Both the position numbers and the translations under genes were made by a program. This document shows positions 49,238 to 60,714 of a DNA stretch of 64,000 bases, piece after piece. Source of the DNA: Devosia sp. (GTDB lineage Bacteria > Pseudomonadota > Alphaproteobacteria > Rhizobiales > Devosiaceae). The stretch is from NCBI RefSeq assembly GCF_965229025.1, contig NZ_OZ245853.1, positions 3,172,277 through 3,236,276 of the forward strand, written 5' to 3'. The first letter of the stretch is position 1, and each line of letters starts with the position of its first letter. Under the pieces are notes generated by a model, which had not been told where the DNA came from, did no database searches, and worked only from the letters and a program-made list of their open reading frames with translations.

Positions 49238-52042
49238 CTACCCATGCGCCACCTTGGGCACGGGCTCTTCGTGGACGGCGTTGAAGACGCCGAGGAGGGC
49301 GTCGTGGATCTTCTTCTGGCGGGCTTTGGACTCGATCTTATGGCCGGTCAAATCGGTCACATAGAAAACGTCGACCGCCTTTTCGCCATATGTGCCGATA
49401 TGGGCCGAGCCGATGGTGAGGTTGAGGTCGGAAATCTCGCGGGTGAGCTGGTGAAGAAGCCCGGTCCGGTCGAGGCCCATGACCTCGATGACGGTGAACT
49501 TTTCCGAAATCGTGTTGCTGACAACCACCTGGGCGGGAAGGCTGAAGGGTTTGAGGCGGCGGTTGTGGCGGCTTTCCTTGCCGAGATCGATCAGCACCTG
49601 GCGCTTGCCTTGGAGGAGTTGCTTGACCGTATCGATGATGCGGGTAGCGCGGACTTTTTCGTCTTCGTCGGAGGTGAAGCTCCGGCGCAGCCGGAAGGTG
49701 TCGATGGCGCGGCCATCGCGGGTGCCGAAGATCTGGGCGCCGATGATCGAGGCATCGCACATGGTGCAGGCGCCGGCGATGATCGACAGCAGGCGCGGAT
49801 GGTCCGGGGTGTAAAAGCTGACCTCGGTGATGCCCTCGAAGGCCTTTATGCGGATGGAGCCGGCAAACATGTGCTCGGCGTGATCGGCAGCGCGGATCAT
49901 GCGTGCATGCTCGATCTGCAGTTCGGGCTCGGCGCGCAGCCAGTAGTGGTCGTACTGGCGGCCGAGATAGGTTTCGACGTCCGCTTGCGGCCAGGCATTG
50001 AGCGCGCCGCGCAGCACCGATTTGGCGGCCTCGATGCGATCGCGCTGGGTGACGTGGGAATGGCCGCCGGACAGCAGTGGCTCGGTGGCGTAGTAGAGCG
50101 AGCGGAGCAGCGAGCCCTTCCAGCCGGTCCACACGCCCGGGCCAACTGCACGAATATCGCAGGCGGTGAGGATCATCAGCAGCGACAAACGCTGCGGGGA
50201 TTGGACGATGTCGGCAAAGGCCTTGGCGGTATCGGGGTCCTGGATGTCGCGGGACTGCGCGATCTCGCTCATCAAGAGGTGATATTCGATCAACCAGGCG
50301 ACGGTATCGGTCTCGGCGGCATCGAGCCCGAGGCGGGGGCAGAATTTGCGCGCGATGCGCGCACCGGCGATCGAGTGATCTTCGGGGCGGCCCTTGGCGA
50401 TATCGTGGAGGAACAGCGCGACATAGAGCAGCCGCGTGTCGTTGAGGTGGGGCAGCAGTTCGTGGGTCAGCGGCAGCTGGTCGCGCAGCCCGCCATTGGC
50501 GATTTCGGCCATGACGCCGACGGCGCGGATCAGGTGCTCATCCACGGTGTAGTGGTGGTACATGTTGAACTGCATGAGCGCGACGATCTTGCCGAATTCC
50601 GGCACGAAGCGCCCAAGCACGCCGCTCTCGTTCATCTGCCGAAGGATGCGTTCGACATAGGTGGGGGCGGTGAGGATCTGGAGGAACCAGGCATTGGCCT
50701 GCTTGTCGTTCCTCAGGTCATGGCCGATGAGCCGGAACGAGCGGCGGATCGCCTTGATGGCATCGGGGTGGAGATGCAGGTCGCGCTGGCCCGCGAGCAT
50801 AAAGCCCTTGATCAGGTTTCGCGGGTCTTTTTCGAACACGGCAGGATTGGCGATGTTGAGCCGGCCGGAATCGATGACGAAATCGGTTTCGCCCTTGATC
50901 GCCACCTTGCCGCGGCGGAACGGGGCGAGGACGCGCCCGACCATATCGAGCGGCTTGGCGTGATCGAATTCGAGTGAGGCGCAAAAGATGCGGGTCAGGT
51001 CGCCGACATCCTTGGCGACGAGGAAATAGCGCTTCATGAAGCGCTCGACCGCCAGCATGCCGGCACGCTCGGAATAGCCGAGGCGGGCGGCGAGATCGGG
51101 CTGGACGTCGAAGGTCAGCTTTTCCTCGGCGCGGCCGGTGACATAGTGGAGGTGGCAGCGGATGGCCCAGAGGAAATCCTCGGCGCGGATGAAGAGCCGG
51201 TACTCCTCGGCGCTGAGCACGCCCTTCCCCACCAGCTCGGCGCTGGTCTTGACGCGGTAGAAGTACTTGCCGATCCAGAACAGGGTGTGGAGGTCGCGCA
51301 GGCCTCCCTTGCCGTCCTTGATGTTGGGCTCGACGACGTAGCGGGTATTGCCCATCTGGCGGTGGCGCTCGTCGCGCTCGGCCATCTTGGCGGCGATGAA
51401 CTCCGGGCCGGTACGCGGCATGATCTCGTTTTCGAACCGCTGCTGCAGCTCGGCAAACAGCGCCCTGTCGCCGGTGAGGTAGCGCGCCTCGAGGGTGGCG
51501 GTGCGCACGGTCATGTCGGAGCGGGCCATGCGGATGCAGTCATCGACCGAGCGCACGGCGTGGCCGACCTTCTGGCCGAGGTCCCACAGCATATAGAGGA
51601 TGTATTCGGTGATCTGCTCGCCCCAGGGGGTCTGCTTATAGGGCAGGATAAACAGCAGATCGATGTCGGAGCCGGGGGCGAGCGTGCCGCGGCCATAACC
51701 GCCGACGGCTGCGATCGATACCATTTCGGCACCGGAGGGGTTGTCGACCGGATAGACTTCGCGCGTGGCGAAGAGGTGAATGGCGCGGATGATTTCGTCT
51801 TCCGCCGCCGACAGGTTCATGGCGCAGCGGGTGCCCTTGCCGTTGGCCATCAGCTCCATTTCGGCGCTCTTGCGCGCGTCCGCGAGGACACCGCGCAGGT
51901 GCTGCAGTACCAGGGCGCGCGCGGGCGCGGCCTTGGGGGACTGGTCGCCGATCTGCGCCTTGATAGCAGCAAGGATCGTCTCGGCGTGGACGAGATGAAA
52001 TGTCGGTTTTCGCGGACGGCTATCAGTTTCGGCGAGTTGCAT
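49238..52042 (-). CDS. glnD: [protein-PII] uridylyltransferase
   Basis: AVGGYGRG...[35 protein letters not shown], two ACT domains. Confidence 0.97.
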   Translation of the reverse strand: MQLAETDSRPRKPTFHLVHAETILAAIKAQIGDQSPKAAPARALVLQHLRGVLADARKSAEMELMANGKGTRCAMNLSAAEDEIIRAIHLFATREVYPVDNPSGAEMVSIAAVGGYGRGTLAPGSDIDLLFILPYKQTPWGEQITEYILYMLWDLGQKVGHAVRSVDDCIRMARSDMTVRTATLEARYLTGDRALFAELQQRFENEIMPRTGPEFIAAKMAERDERHRQMGNTRYVVEPNIKDGKGGLRDLHTLFWIGKYFYRVKTSAELVGKGVLSAEEYRLFIRAEDFLWAIRCHLHYVTGRAEEKLTFDVQPDLAARLGYSERAGMLAVERFMKRYFLVAKDVGDLTRIFCASLEFDHAKPLDMVGRVLAPFRRGKVAIKGETDFVIDSGRLNIANPAVFEKDPRNLIKGFMLAGQRDLHLHPDAIKAIRRSFRLIGHDLRNDKQANAWFLQILTAPTYVERILRQMNESGVLGRFVPEFGKIVALMQFNMYHHYTVDEHLIRAVGVMAEIANGGLRDQLPLTHELLPHLNDTRLLYVALFLHDIAKGRPEDHSIAGARIARKFCPRLGLDAAETDTVAWLIEYHLLMSEIAQSRDIQDPDTAKAFADIVQSPQRLSLLMILTACDIRAVGPGVWTGWKGSLLRSLYYATEPLLSGGHSHVTQRDRIEAAKSVLRGALNAWPQADVETYLGRQYDHYWLRAEPELQIEHARMIRAADHAEHMFAGSIRIKAFEGITEVSFYTPDHPRLLSIIAGACTMCDASIIGAQIFGTRDGRAIDTFRLRRSFTSDEDEKVRATRIIDTVKQLLQGKRQVLIDLGKESRHNRRLKPFSLPAQVVVSNTISEKFTVIEVMGLDRTGLLHQLTREISDLNLTIGSAHIGTYGEKAVDVFYVTDLTGHKIESKARQKKIHDALLGVFNAVHEEPVPKVAHG

Positions 52043-54728
52043 CGCGGATTTTCTTGAGCTCGTAAATCAGGTCAATCGCTTCGCGGGGGGTCAAATCGTC
52101 GGCCCGGACCTGGTCGAGCTTGTCATAGAGGGGATTAACAGTCGCCTTAGGTGGCGGCGGTTGGTGGGCAAAGAGCGGTAAATCGTCTAGCACGCCAACA
52201 ATGTGTCCGGAAGACCTTTGGCCAGCGGCGGCGCGCTGCTCAAGAACACCCAAGACCTGACGCGCACGGGCCAAGACTTTTTCCGGCAGGCCGGCGAGTT
52301 TGGCCACCTGGATACCGTAGCTGCGGTCGGCCGCGCCTTCGGCGACTTCGTGGAGGAAGACCACCTCACCCTCCCACTCACGCACTTTCATGGTGTGGTT
52401 GGTGACGCGGGCGAGGGTCTTGGCCAGCGCGGTCATCTCGTGGAAATGCGTCGCAAAGAGCGCACGGCAGCGGGTTTCGTCGTGCAGTGCTTCGACAGCG
52501 GCCCAGGCGATCGAGAGGCCATCAAAGGTGGCCGTGCCGCGGCCGATTTCATCCAGGATGACCAAGGACCGCGAGGTGGCGCGGTTGAGGATGGCGGCGG
52601 TTTCGACCATTTCGACCATGAAGGTCGAGCGCCCGCCGCCGATATCGTCAGATGCGCCGACACGAGAAAAGACGCGGTCGACGACCCCGATATGGGCGGA
52701 AGTCGCCGGAACGAAACTCCCCATCTGGGCGAGGATGGCGATCAGCGCATTCTGGCGGAGGAAGGTGGATTTGCCGCCCATGTTGGGGCCGGTGATCAGC
52801 CACAGCGCGCCGCCGGAGAGCTCGGCGCCGTTTTCGACGAAGACGCCATTTTGGCGTCGGACATTGGACTCAACCACCGGGTGACGGCCGCCTGCGATGC
52901 TGAAGGCGAGGCTGTCATCGACCACGGGCCGGCAGAAACTGCGCGTCATGGCGAGTTGCGCCAGACCCGCGGCGACATCGAGTTGGGCCAGCGCATCGGC
53001 GACGGCGCGGAGGCCGCTGGTTTCGGCGCCGATTGCGGCCTGCAGGCGGGTGAATACCGCTGCTTCAAGCGCCAGCGCGGCGTCATGGGCCTTGGCGATG
53101 CGGCCTTCGAGTTCGGCGAGCTCGGCGGTGGTGAACCGCATTGCATTTGCGAGCGTCTGGCGATGGATGAAGGTGTCGCGGTGCGGTGGCTCCAGCAGCC
53201 TGGTGCCGTGGTTGGCCGGAACTTCGACGAAGTAGCCCAAAACGCCGTTGTGCCGGATCTTCAAGGACCGGACGTCGGTCTCGTCCATCAGCCGGGCCTG
53301 GAGCGCGGCGACGACACCCCGGGTTTCGGTGGCGAGCGCCCGCTCGTCATCGAGGGTCGCATCGTATCCCTTGCGCACAAAGTCGCCGTCGCGGGCCAAG
53401 AGAGGCGGCTCGTCGTCGATGGCAGCCAGCAGTTCTGCGGCAAGGGCAGATGGCGCATTGGCGAGCGTTGCCGCGATGGCGGAAAGCTCGGATGGGGCAT
53501 CGGTGAGGGTTGCGAGCCGACTGGCGAGGGCCATGGCGCCTTCAACCGCCAAAGCCACGGCACGAAGATCGCGCGGCCCGCCGCGATCCAGCATCAGGCG
53601 GGTCAACGAGCGGGTGAGGTCGGGGATGGTCTTGAGGTCTTGTCGCAACCGCTGGGTCAGGAGGCCATCACCCACCAGTGCCGCCACGGCATCGAGCCGG
53701 GAGTTAATTGGCGCCGAACCGGCAAGCGGGGCGGCGAGGCGCTGGGCGAGGAGGCGTGAGCCTGCCGGGGTCACGCAGAGATCGATCTCGGAACGCAGAG
53801 CGCCCTTTTCCTCGCCGCGCTGGGTGACCAGCAGTTCGAGCGAGGCGCGGGTCGCGGCATCGATCGCCATGAATTCCGAGATGGTCTCGGTGGTCGGCGC
53901 GCTGAGGGCGACCGGGACGCCCTTCTGGCTCTCGCGCACATATTCACAGAGCGCGCCGAAGGCCGCGCGGCCGGCGCGCGAGAAGGCGGTGGGGTCGACT
54001 TCGCTATTGGGAAAGGCCGTGGCAATCCGGTCGCTGGCAGCGGCGCTGTCGAAAAGCTGTGACGGCATCTGCACAAGTGCTGCTTCCGGCAAGCCGACTT
54101 TGTGGGCGCGGAGCGCATCGAGGGTCAGGTCGCTGACCAGCAGCTCGGCAGGCTCAAGGCGAGCGAGTTCGTCGGTGATGGCGTCGGCGGCGATATCGAG
54201 GACCGCCGTCTGGCCGGTCGAGACGTCAGCCCAGGCCAGCGCATAATCGGTCTCTCCATGGCGGACCATGGCGAGCGCCGCGAGATAGTTGGCGGCGCGG
54301 GCGGGCAAGAGGTCGTCTTCGGTGAGCGTGCCGCGGGTGATGAGGCGGACGACGTCGCGCTTCACCGGTGATTTCGAGCCGCGCTTTTTGGCTTCAGCGG
54401 GATCCTCCATCTGCTCGCAGATGGCGACGCGATGGCCGAGGCTGATGAGCTTTTTGAGATAGTCCTGCGCGGCGTGGATGGGGACGCCGCACATCGGGAT
54501 ATCGGCGCCCTGGTGTTTGCCGCGCTTGGTCAGGACGATACCGAGCGCCTGGCTGGCGATCTCGGCATCCTCAAAGAACATCTCGTAGAAATCGCCCATC
54601 CGGTAGAACAGCAAATAACCGGGATTGACCGCCTTGATCTCAAGGAACTGCGCCATCATCGGGGTGATGACCGACAGGTCTGCAGCCGTTTGGGCGGCGT
54701 CGGGCGCTTCGAAAGGGGTTTGGTCCAT
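52023..54728 (-). CDS. mutS: DNA mismatch repair protein MutS
   Basis: [47 protein letters not shown]. Confidence 0.98.
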   Translation of the reverse strand: MDQTPFEAPDAAQTAADLSVITPMMAQFLEIKAVNPGYLLFYRMGDFYEMFFEDAEIASQALGIVLTKRGKHQGADIPMCGVPIHAAQDYLKKLISLGHRVAICEQMEDPAEAKKRGSKSPVKRDVVRLITRGTLTEDDLLPARAANYLAALAMVRHGETDYALAWADVSTGQTAVLDIAADAITDELARLEPAELLVSDLTLDALRAHKVGLPEAALVQMPSQLFDSAAASDRIATAFPNSEVDPTAFSRAGRAAFGALCEYVRESQKGVPVALSAPTTETISEFMAIDAATRASLELLVTQRGEEKGALRSEIDLCVTPAGSRLLAQRLAAPLAGSAPINSRLDAVAALVGDGLLTQRLRQDLKTIPDLTRSLTRLMLDRGGPRDLRAVALAVEGAMALASRLATLTDAPSELSAIAATLANAPSALAAELLAAIDDEPPLLARDGDFVRKGYDATLDDERALATETRGVVAALQARLMDETDVRSLKIRHNGVLGYFVEVPANHGTRLLEPPHRDTFIHRQTLANAMRFTTAELAELEGRIAKAHDAALALEAAVFTRLQAAIGAETSGLRAVADALAQLDVAAGLAQLAMTRSFCRPVVDDSLAFSIAGGRHPVVESNVRRQNGVFVENGAELSGGALWLITGPNMGGKSTFLRQNALIAILAQMGSFVPATSAHIGVVDRVFSRVGASDDIGGGRSTFMVEMVETAAILNRATSRSLVILDEIGRGTATFDGLSIAWAAVEALHDETRCRALFATHFHEMTALAKTLARVTNHTMKVREWEGEVVFLHEVAEGAADRSYGIQVAKLAGLPEKVLARARQVLGVLEQRAAAGQRSSGHIVGVLDDLPLFAHQPPPPKATVNPLYDKLDQVRADDLTPREAIDLIYELKKIRDATRRN

Positions 54729-54824
54729 CAGGCCATTTCAGTAAAATGAAAGGCGCGACGTTAGGAGCTTTGGCCTGCCCTGCCAACTCCCCCTGCCGCG
54801 CCTCAACACCTCAAATGGCCAAAG

Positions 54825-56453
54825 TCAGTATCGGTCGGATGCGTCGTGCACCGGCCGATAGACAAAGTCGGTGAAGGTCGCTTCTTTGGCTGTGCCGTTG
54901 AGGTCTGAGCAGGCCATGCCAACGAACGCACCGGTAAAGCTGCCATGCTCGGCGTGACCACCGCACTCGTCCGAGAGGAGCGATGCATCGAGAGCCGCGC
55001 CCACCGGCTGCCAGTTGCCGCCCGCCTTGGCGTCGCCTGCTGCATAGAAGAACTGCAGTTTTGGGCCGCGGATTTCGATCTTCAGCCGGACCGGCCCCTC
55101 CTGCGGCAACGGCACCGGGTCGGAGGGGAAGCTGAGCTTGCCATCGGGGTGGCTCGCAAGCGAGCTCATGATCAGCAGCTCGCGCTTGCCATCGGAATGG
55201 GCGGTGACCGTGAGGTAATGGAAGTTGTAGCGGCCATAGTAGCCGGTGATGCCGGCGAACTGGCGCTCATCGACCGGCGAGAAGTCGAGCGTCACTTCGG
55301 CATCATAGGAAAAGTGCGTCTGGCGGCGGGCGACGAGCGCCTGCTCGAACCACGAGCCGATCGCCTCGCGGCCGATCAGCTTCAGTGCGCCGCCTTCGAG
55401 CCTGAAGATGCGCTCGGTCTCAGGGGTGCGGAGCCACTGGAAGTCCTGGTGCAGGGTCTCAAAGCTGTAGCGCTGCTCGGCCCAGTATTCGGTTTCGTCC
55501 CGAGTGCCGGGAACCTCGACTTCGAGCGACGGCACCGGGCCGTTCTTGACCCAGAGCCAGTCATCGGCGCCCCAATAGGCTTCCTGGATGCCGGTTTCGC
55601 GGCCAAGGACGCAGCGGCGTTTTTGCGTCGTCGGCCGGCCCATCAGGTGAACAAGGAAGGTCTTGCCGTCGGGCGTTTCGACCAGATCGCCATGGCCCGA
55701 GCGCTGCACAGCATTAAGCGGCGAATCCTTGGCGGTGAGGATGTGCTGGATGGGGTGGGTTTCGTAGGGCCCATCGATGTTGCGCGAGCGGGCGAAGGTG
55801 ACGGCGTGTTCGTAGCCCGTGCCGCCCTCGGCGGTCAGCAGATAGTACCAGGGCCGGCCGTCCTTGCCGTCGCGCTTATAAAGATGCGGGCCTTCGACGA
55901 GCTTGAGGTCTGTGCCCTGGTAGATGTTCTTGATCGGGCCGACGAGCTTTCTGGCCTTGTGGTCATATTCCTGGAGCGCGATGCCGGCAAACAGCAGCGG
56001 GCGCACACGATGGTCCCACAGCATGTTGACGAACCACTTTTTGCCGTCGTCGTCATGAAACAGCGACGGGTCGAAGCCCGATGAGTTCATGTAGACCGGA
56101 TCGGACCATGGACCTTCGATCGAGGGCGCGGTGACGAGGTAGTTGTGCGCGTCCTTGAACGAGCCATCCTTGCGCTTGACGTCGGTATAGATGAGGAAAA
56201 ACTGCTCGCCATCATGGCTGAGGCAGGGCGCCCACACCCCGCACGAATCCGGATCGCCACGCATATCGAGCTGGGAGGCGCGGGTCAGCGGGCGGGTGAC
56301 CAAATCCCAGTTGGCGAGATCCTTCGAGTGATGGATCTGCACGCCCGGATACCATTCGAAGGTCGAGGTGGCGATGTAATAGTCATCACCCACGCGCAGG
56401 ATCGAGGGGTCGGGATTGAATCCGGGGAGGATGGGGTTACGGATGGTGGGCAT
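54825..56453 (-). CDS. GH43 beta-xylosidase/arabinofuranosidase
   Basis: NPILPGFNPDPS, STFEWYPGV, WAPCL, GFDPSLF, EGPHL. Confidence 0.92.
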   Translation of the reverse strand: MPTIRNPILPGFNPDPSILRVGDDYYIATSTFEWYPGVQIHHSKDLANWDLVTRPLTRASQLDMRGDPDSCGVWAPCLSHDGEQFFLIYTDVKRKDGSFKDAHNYLVTAPSIEGPWSDPVYMNSSGFDPSLFHDDDGKKWFVNMLWDHRVRPLLFAGIALQEYDHKARKLVGPIKNIYQGTDLKLVEGPHLYKRDGKDGRPWYYLLTAEGGTGYEHAVTFARSRNIDGPYETHPIQHILTAKDSPLNAVQRSGHGDLVETPDGKTFLVHLMGRPTTQKRRCVLGRETGIQEAYWGADDWLWVKNGPVPSLEVEVPGTRDETEYWAEQRYSFETLHQDFQWLRTPETERIFRLEGGALKLIGREAIGSWFEQALVARRQTHFSYDAEVTLDFSPVDERQFAGITGYYGRYNFHYLTVTAHSDGKRELLIMSSLASHPDGKLSFPSDPVPLPQEGPVRLKIEIRGPKLQFFYAAGDAKAGGNWQPVGAALDASLLSDECGGHAEHGSFTGAFVGMACSDLNGTAKEATFTDFVYRPVHDASDRY

Positions 56454-56467
56454 GTGAGTCTCGGTTG

Positions 56468-56627
56468 CCTCCCTCTCCCCTTGAGGGAGAGGGTGCCCGC
56501 AAGGCGGGCGGGTGAGGGGAAGTTGGAGGAGTTCGCTCCTCGCTTACGCTCGGAACGCGCATCGCAATCGATACGGGACCCCTCAACCGGCGCTTCGCGC
56601 CACCTTCTCCCTCAAGGGGAGAAGGAA
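56468..56627. repeat. composite palindrome carrying the 34-bp internal module
   Basis: CCCTCTCCCCTTGAGGGAGAGGG at the left, CCTTCTCCCTCAAGGGGAGAAGG at the right, TCGCTCCTCGCTTACGCTCGGAACGCGCATCGCA in the middle. Confidence 0.88.
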
Positions 56628-56649
56628 GCCTGTGCGTGGGACAGTTCGA

Positions 56650-57960
56650 TCACACGAACTGGTTGACCAGGTTCTCGAGATATTCCTGCTGGCCGGATTT
56701 GGGCTGCGGGTTGATGTTGTCGGCTTCGACCCACTGAGCGATCTGCTCAAGCGTACGCTCGCCTTTCAGCATGGCAGCGGCGCCCTTCTCGTTCCAGCCA
56801 GCGTAGCGGGTATCGAGCGCCTTGTCGAAGGTGCCGTCTTCGATCATCGCTACGGCGCCCTTGAGGCCGCGGGCGAGGATATCGAGACCGCCGATGTGGC
56901 CATAAAGGAGGTCTGCCGGGTCGATCGACTGGCGGCGGACCTTGGCGTCGAAATTGAAGCCGCCAGTGCCGAGGCCGCCGTTCTTCAGGATCTGGTAGAA
57001 GGCCAGCGCCATTTCGCCCGGGTTGTTGGGGAACTGGTCGGTGTCCCAGCCAGACTGCAGGTCGTTGCGGTTGGCATCGACCGAACCGAGAATGCCGAGC
57101 GCGCGGGCCAGCGCCAGCTCATGCTCGAAGGAGTGCCCGGCGAGGAAGGCATGGCCCACCTCGATGTTGCACTTGACGATCTTTTCGAGGCCGAATTCCT
57201 TGAGGAAGCCGTAAACCGTCGCGACGTCGTAGTCGTACTGGTGCTTGGTGGGCTCCTGCGGCTTTGGTTCGATCAGCAGCGTGCCCTTGTAGCCGATCTT
57301 GTTGGCGTGCTCGACGACGAGGCTAAGGAAGCGACCGGCCTGATCGCGTTCCTTCTTCATGTCGGTATTGAGCAGGGTTTCGTAGCCTTCGCGGCCGCCC
57401 CAGAGCACGTAGTTCGCACCACCCAACTCGTGGGTGATTTCCAGCATGGTCTTCACCTGACCTGCGGCATAGGCGAATACATATGGGTCCGGATTGGTCG
57501 CAGCGCCGCCCATGTAGCGGCGGTTGGAGAAGAGGTTCGCCGTGCCCCAGAGGAGCTTGGTGCGCGAAGACTGCATCTTCTTTGCGAAGATGTCGGTGAT
57601 GGTGCGGAGGTTCTTGTTGCTTTCGGCGAGCGTTGCGCCTTCCGGAGCGACGTCGGCATCGTGGAAGCAGAAGAACGGCGCATCGAGGAGATCGAAGAGC
57701 TCGAATGCGACATCTGCCTTGACCTTGGCGCCTTCCATCGGGCTGCCGGCATACCACGGGCGATCAAAAGTGCGGCCACCGAACGGGTCGCCGCCTTCCC
57801 AGGCAAAGGTGTGCCAGTAGGCGATGGCGGGACGGATATGGTCTTCCATCCGCTTGCCAAGGACCATCTCGTCCTTGTTGTAGTGGTGATAGGCGAGCGG
57901 ATTACGGGAACTGGGTCCCTCGAACTTGACGGGCGAAATACCCTTGAAGAAATCAGTCAT
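56650..57960 (-). CDS. xylA: xylose isomerase (class II)
   Basis: [34 protein letters not shown]. Confidence 0.97.
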   Translation of the reverse strand: MTDFFKGISPVKFEGPSSRNPLAYHHYNKDEMVLGKRMEDHIRPAIAYWHTFAWEGGDPFGGRTFDRPWYAGSPMEGAKVKADVAFELFDLLDAPFFCFHDADVAPEGATLAESNKNLRTITDIFAKKMQSSRTKLLWGTANLFSNRRYMGGAATNPDPYVFAYAAGQVKTMLEITHELGGANYVLWGGREGYETLLNTDMKKERDQAGRFLSLVVEHANKIGYKGTLLIEPKPQEPTKHQYDYDVATVYGFLKEFGLEKIVKCNIEVGHAFLAGHSFEHELALARALGILGSVDANRNDLQSGWDTDQFPNNPGEMALAFYQILKNGGLGTGGFNFDAKVRRQSIDPADLLYGHIGGLDILARGLKGAVAMIEDGTFDKALDTRYAGWNEKGAAAMLKGERTLEQIAQWVEADNINPQPKSGQQEYLENLVNQFV

Positions 57961-59420
57961 TTACGGGCCTCCTCGATGGCGGGGTAGAGCGCGCGATAAC
58001 GCGCATATTGGTCGGAATAGGCTTGTGAAAGGCTGCGATCGGGGCTCACCACCCGCTTGATCCCAGGCATGGTCATGATCTCGGTGGGATCGGCGCCTTC
58101 GGCAGCGCAGAGCGCGAGCCGGGCAGCGCCAAGCGCACCGCCGAAATCGCCATCCTCAGGGATGGCGATTTCGGTATCTAGATTGGTGGCAATGAGCTTC
58201 AGCCACAGATCGGAACGCGACCCGCCGCCAACGGCGAGGAGGCGCCCCATTTCGGTGCCGGCATCTTTCAGCACGCGTTGGCAATCGCGAAAGGCAAAGG
58301 CGACGCCTTCCATCACGGCCTGGGCCATGAGGCCGGGATCGGTCGAGTGGCTGAGGCCGACAAAGCTACCGCGCGCGCCGGCATTGTTGTGCGGGGTGCG
58401 CTCGCCGGAAAGGTAGGGGAGGAAGATTTCCTCGCCCGGTCCCTTGTAGCCGGTCTCTGCGGCGCCGGAGAGTTTTGCGGGATCCTGGCTGGTGATCTTG
58501 CTCAACCAGTTGAGGCTGTCGGTGGCCGAGAGGATGACGCCCATCTGGTGCCAGGTATCGGGGATGGCGTGGCAGAAGGCGTGAACGGCGCCCTTGGTGT
58601 TGGGGCGGAAGCGGTCGTTGGAGACAAATAGCACGCCCGAGGTGCCGAGCGAGACAAAGCCCTCGCCGGGCTTGATCGCGCCGATGCCGCAGGCGGCGGC
58701 GGCATTGTCACCGGCGCCGCCTGCGACGACGACGCTGCCACTCATGCCCCAGCGGCGGGCAAGTTCGGGTTTCAGAATACCCGAAGAGGCCGAGCCTTCG
58801 ACGAGGCGCGGCATGTGGGAGCGGTTGAGGCCGGTGACAGCCAGCAGTTCATCGGACCAGTCGCGCTTGCCGACATCGAGCCAGAGCGTGCCCGAGGCAT
58901 CGGACATTTCCTCGACATGTTCGCTGGTCAGCAGCAGGCGCACATAGGCCTTGGGCAGCAGCACCTTGGCGATCTTGGCGTAAATCTCCGGCTCGTGCTT
59001 TCTCACCCAGGCGATCTTGGGCGCCGTGAAGCCGGGCATGGCGATGTTGCCGGCGATGGCACGGAGGCTTGGCAGTGCGGCTTCCATTTCGGCGCATTCG
59101 GCAGCCGAGCGTCCGTCGTTCCAAAGGATGCAGGGGCGAAGGACTTCGTCGTTCTTACCCAGAAGCGTTGCGCCATGCATGTGGCCGGAAAGGCCGATAC
59201 CCTTGACCGCGGCCATCTCGGATGGATGGGCCTTGGCGAGCTTGTCTGCCGCTTCGAGCATGGCGTTCCACCAGTCGGCCGGGTTCTGTTCGGACCAGCC
59301 GGGATGGGGACGAACGGGTTCGACCGACTTGGCGGTTGCCTCGCCCAGCGCCTTGCCGGCGCGGTCGATGAGGATGACCTTGACCCCGGAGGTGCCGATA
59401 TCGACGCCAAGATAGGTCAT
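57957..59420 (-). CDS. xylB: xylulokinase
   Basis: [32 protein letters not shown]. Confidence 0.96.
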   Translation of the reverse strand: MTYLGVDIGTSGVKVILIDRAGKALGEATAKSVEPVRPHPGWSEQNPADWWNAMLEAADKLAKAHPSEMAAVKGIGLSGHMHGATLLGKNDEVLRPCILWNDGRSAAECAEMEAALPSLRAIAGNIAMPGFTAPKIAWVRKHEPEIYAKIAKVLLPKAYVRLLLTSEHVEEMSDASGTLWLDVGKRDWSDELLAVTGLNRSHMPRLVEGSASSGILKPELARRWGMSGSVVVAGGAGDNAAAACGIGAIKPGEGFVSLGTSGVLFVSNDRFRPNTKGAVHAFCHAIPDTWHQMGVILSATDSLNWLSKITSQDPAKLSGAAETGYKGPGEEIFLPYLSGERTPHNNAGARGSFVGLSHSTDPGLMAQAVMEGVAFAFRDCQRVLKDAGTEMGRLLAVGGGSRSDLWLKLIATNLDTEIAIPEDGDFGGALGAARLALCAAEGADPTEIMTMPGIKRVVSPDRSLSQAYSDQYARYRALYPAIEEARK

Positions 59421-59435
59421 GAGGCACGTACCTCA
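59420..59435. promoter_or_regulatory. candidate LacI-family operator overlapping the xylB RBS
   Basis: TGAGGCACGTACCTCA, a 16-bp palindrome with one mismatched pair. Confidence 0.65.
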
Positions 59436-59512
59436 AGACGGCGTAAATGCAGATGGCGTAAACGCATGTTTGGCACTCCTCCCGCGGGCATCGCTTTTGT
59501 GGTGATTTACCC

Positions 59513-60547
59513 TCAGCGCAGATTGTCGCGCAGAAACAGCCCGATTTCAATGGGCTCGGCATGCCGATCCGCATCCTGTCCCAGCGCGACGGCGCGCGCC
59601 ATGGCGAGGGCGGCGGCGATTTCGCCATCCGGGTTCTGGTCGAGGACCACATCGATCGCCCCGCTGCGCAGCCCCTCGCGGGTCGGTTCTGTCAATTCGT
59701 GGGCGATGACGCGGACCGCGCCGGCTTTGCCGGTCGTTGCAAGCGCGGCAAGGAGACCGGCATTGCCGGCGCCGAGATTGTAGATCCCGGCGATGGGGCC
59801 GTGGCGGGTCAGGAGTTCCGTGGCGGCGGCTTCGGTCCTCTTGTCATCGTCGAGGCCTTCGAGCGGCCCGATGAGTTCGTGGTTGGGGAACTCGGCGCGA
59901 ATCACCGCTTCAAAGCCCTCGCGGCGCTCATGGTGGTCGGCGAGGCTGAGGGAGCCCGCGATCAGGCCGATGCGCCCGCTGGCGCAGAAGCGGCCCATCA
60001 GCGAGGCAGCGGTGCGGCCGGCGGCGACATTATCGATGCCGACAAAGGCGCGGCGGAGGGAATTAGGAAGGTCCGAGACGAGAGTGACAACGGCGATGCC
60101 GCGCCGGGTGGCCTGATCGATGGCGTGGCGCACTTCGGGGTCCTCGCTGGCGACGACGATGGCGCAGTCGCAGGCCTTGGGCTGGAGCGCGTTAATTGCT
60201 GCGCTGAGGGCGGCGGGGTCGAAGGCATGGACGAGGCGCGTGGTGATACTGACGCGCTCGCCCTTCAGCGCCCGGGTGCGCCGCTCGATGGCTTCGGCGA
60301 GGCTCTGCATGAACTCGTTGCGGCCATCGGGGAGGAGGAAGGTGACGCTGAGGTCGCGCGCCCTTGCCAGAAGCGAAGCGGAAATATCGCGTTGAAAATC
60401 CAGTACTCGGATGGCCTCGGCGACCTTTTCAGCGGTTTCGGCGCGGACGCCGGGGCGGCCATTGAGGACACGATCGACGGTGGCGAGCGAGACGCCCGCC
60501 TCGCGCGCCACATCATGGACCGTCGTCCGCCGTTTGAAATCGTCCAT
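59513..60547 (-). CDS. LacI family regulator (probable xylose regulator)
   Basis: TVHDVAREAGVSLATVDRVLN HTH plus periplasmic-binding-protein-like domain; upstream of xylB. Confidence 0.92.
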   Translation of the reverse strand: MDDFKRRTTVHDVAREAGVSLATVDRVLNGRPGVRAETAEKVAEAIRVLDFQRDISASLLARARDLSVTFLLPDGRNEFMQSLAEAIERRTRALKGERVSITTRLVHAFDPAALSAAINALQPKACDCAIVVASEDPEVRHAIDQATRRGIAVVTLVSDLPNSLRRAFVGIDNVAAGRTAASLMGRFCASGRIGLIAGSLSLADHHERREGFEAVIRAEFPNHELIGPLEGLDDDKRTEAAATELLTRHGPIAGIYNLGAGNAGLLAALATTGKAGAVRVIAHELTEPTREGLRSGAIDVVLDQNPDGEIAAALAMARAVALGQDADRHAEPIEIGLFLRDNLR

Positions 60548-60714
60548 GACGTCCCCGGTGAGCAACGGAACTGGGATCCGTTGGTTGAGCGGCAAAGCCT
60601 TGTCGGCTTCGCACACAATCGTCAAGCACTCCGCCCAAAAGGGGGGTGAGCCGAAGCTTTCGCCCTGCCCGAATCCGGGCTATCACCGCTCCCATAGCAA
60701 AGAGGGAAAAGACC

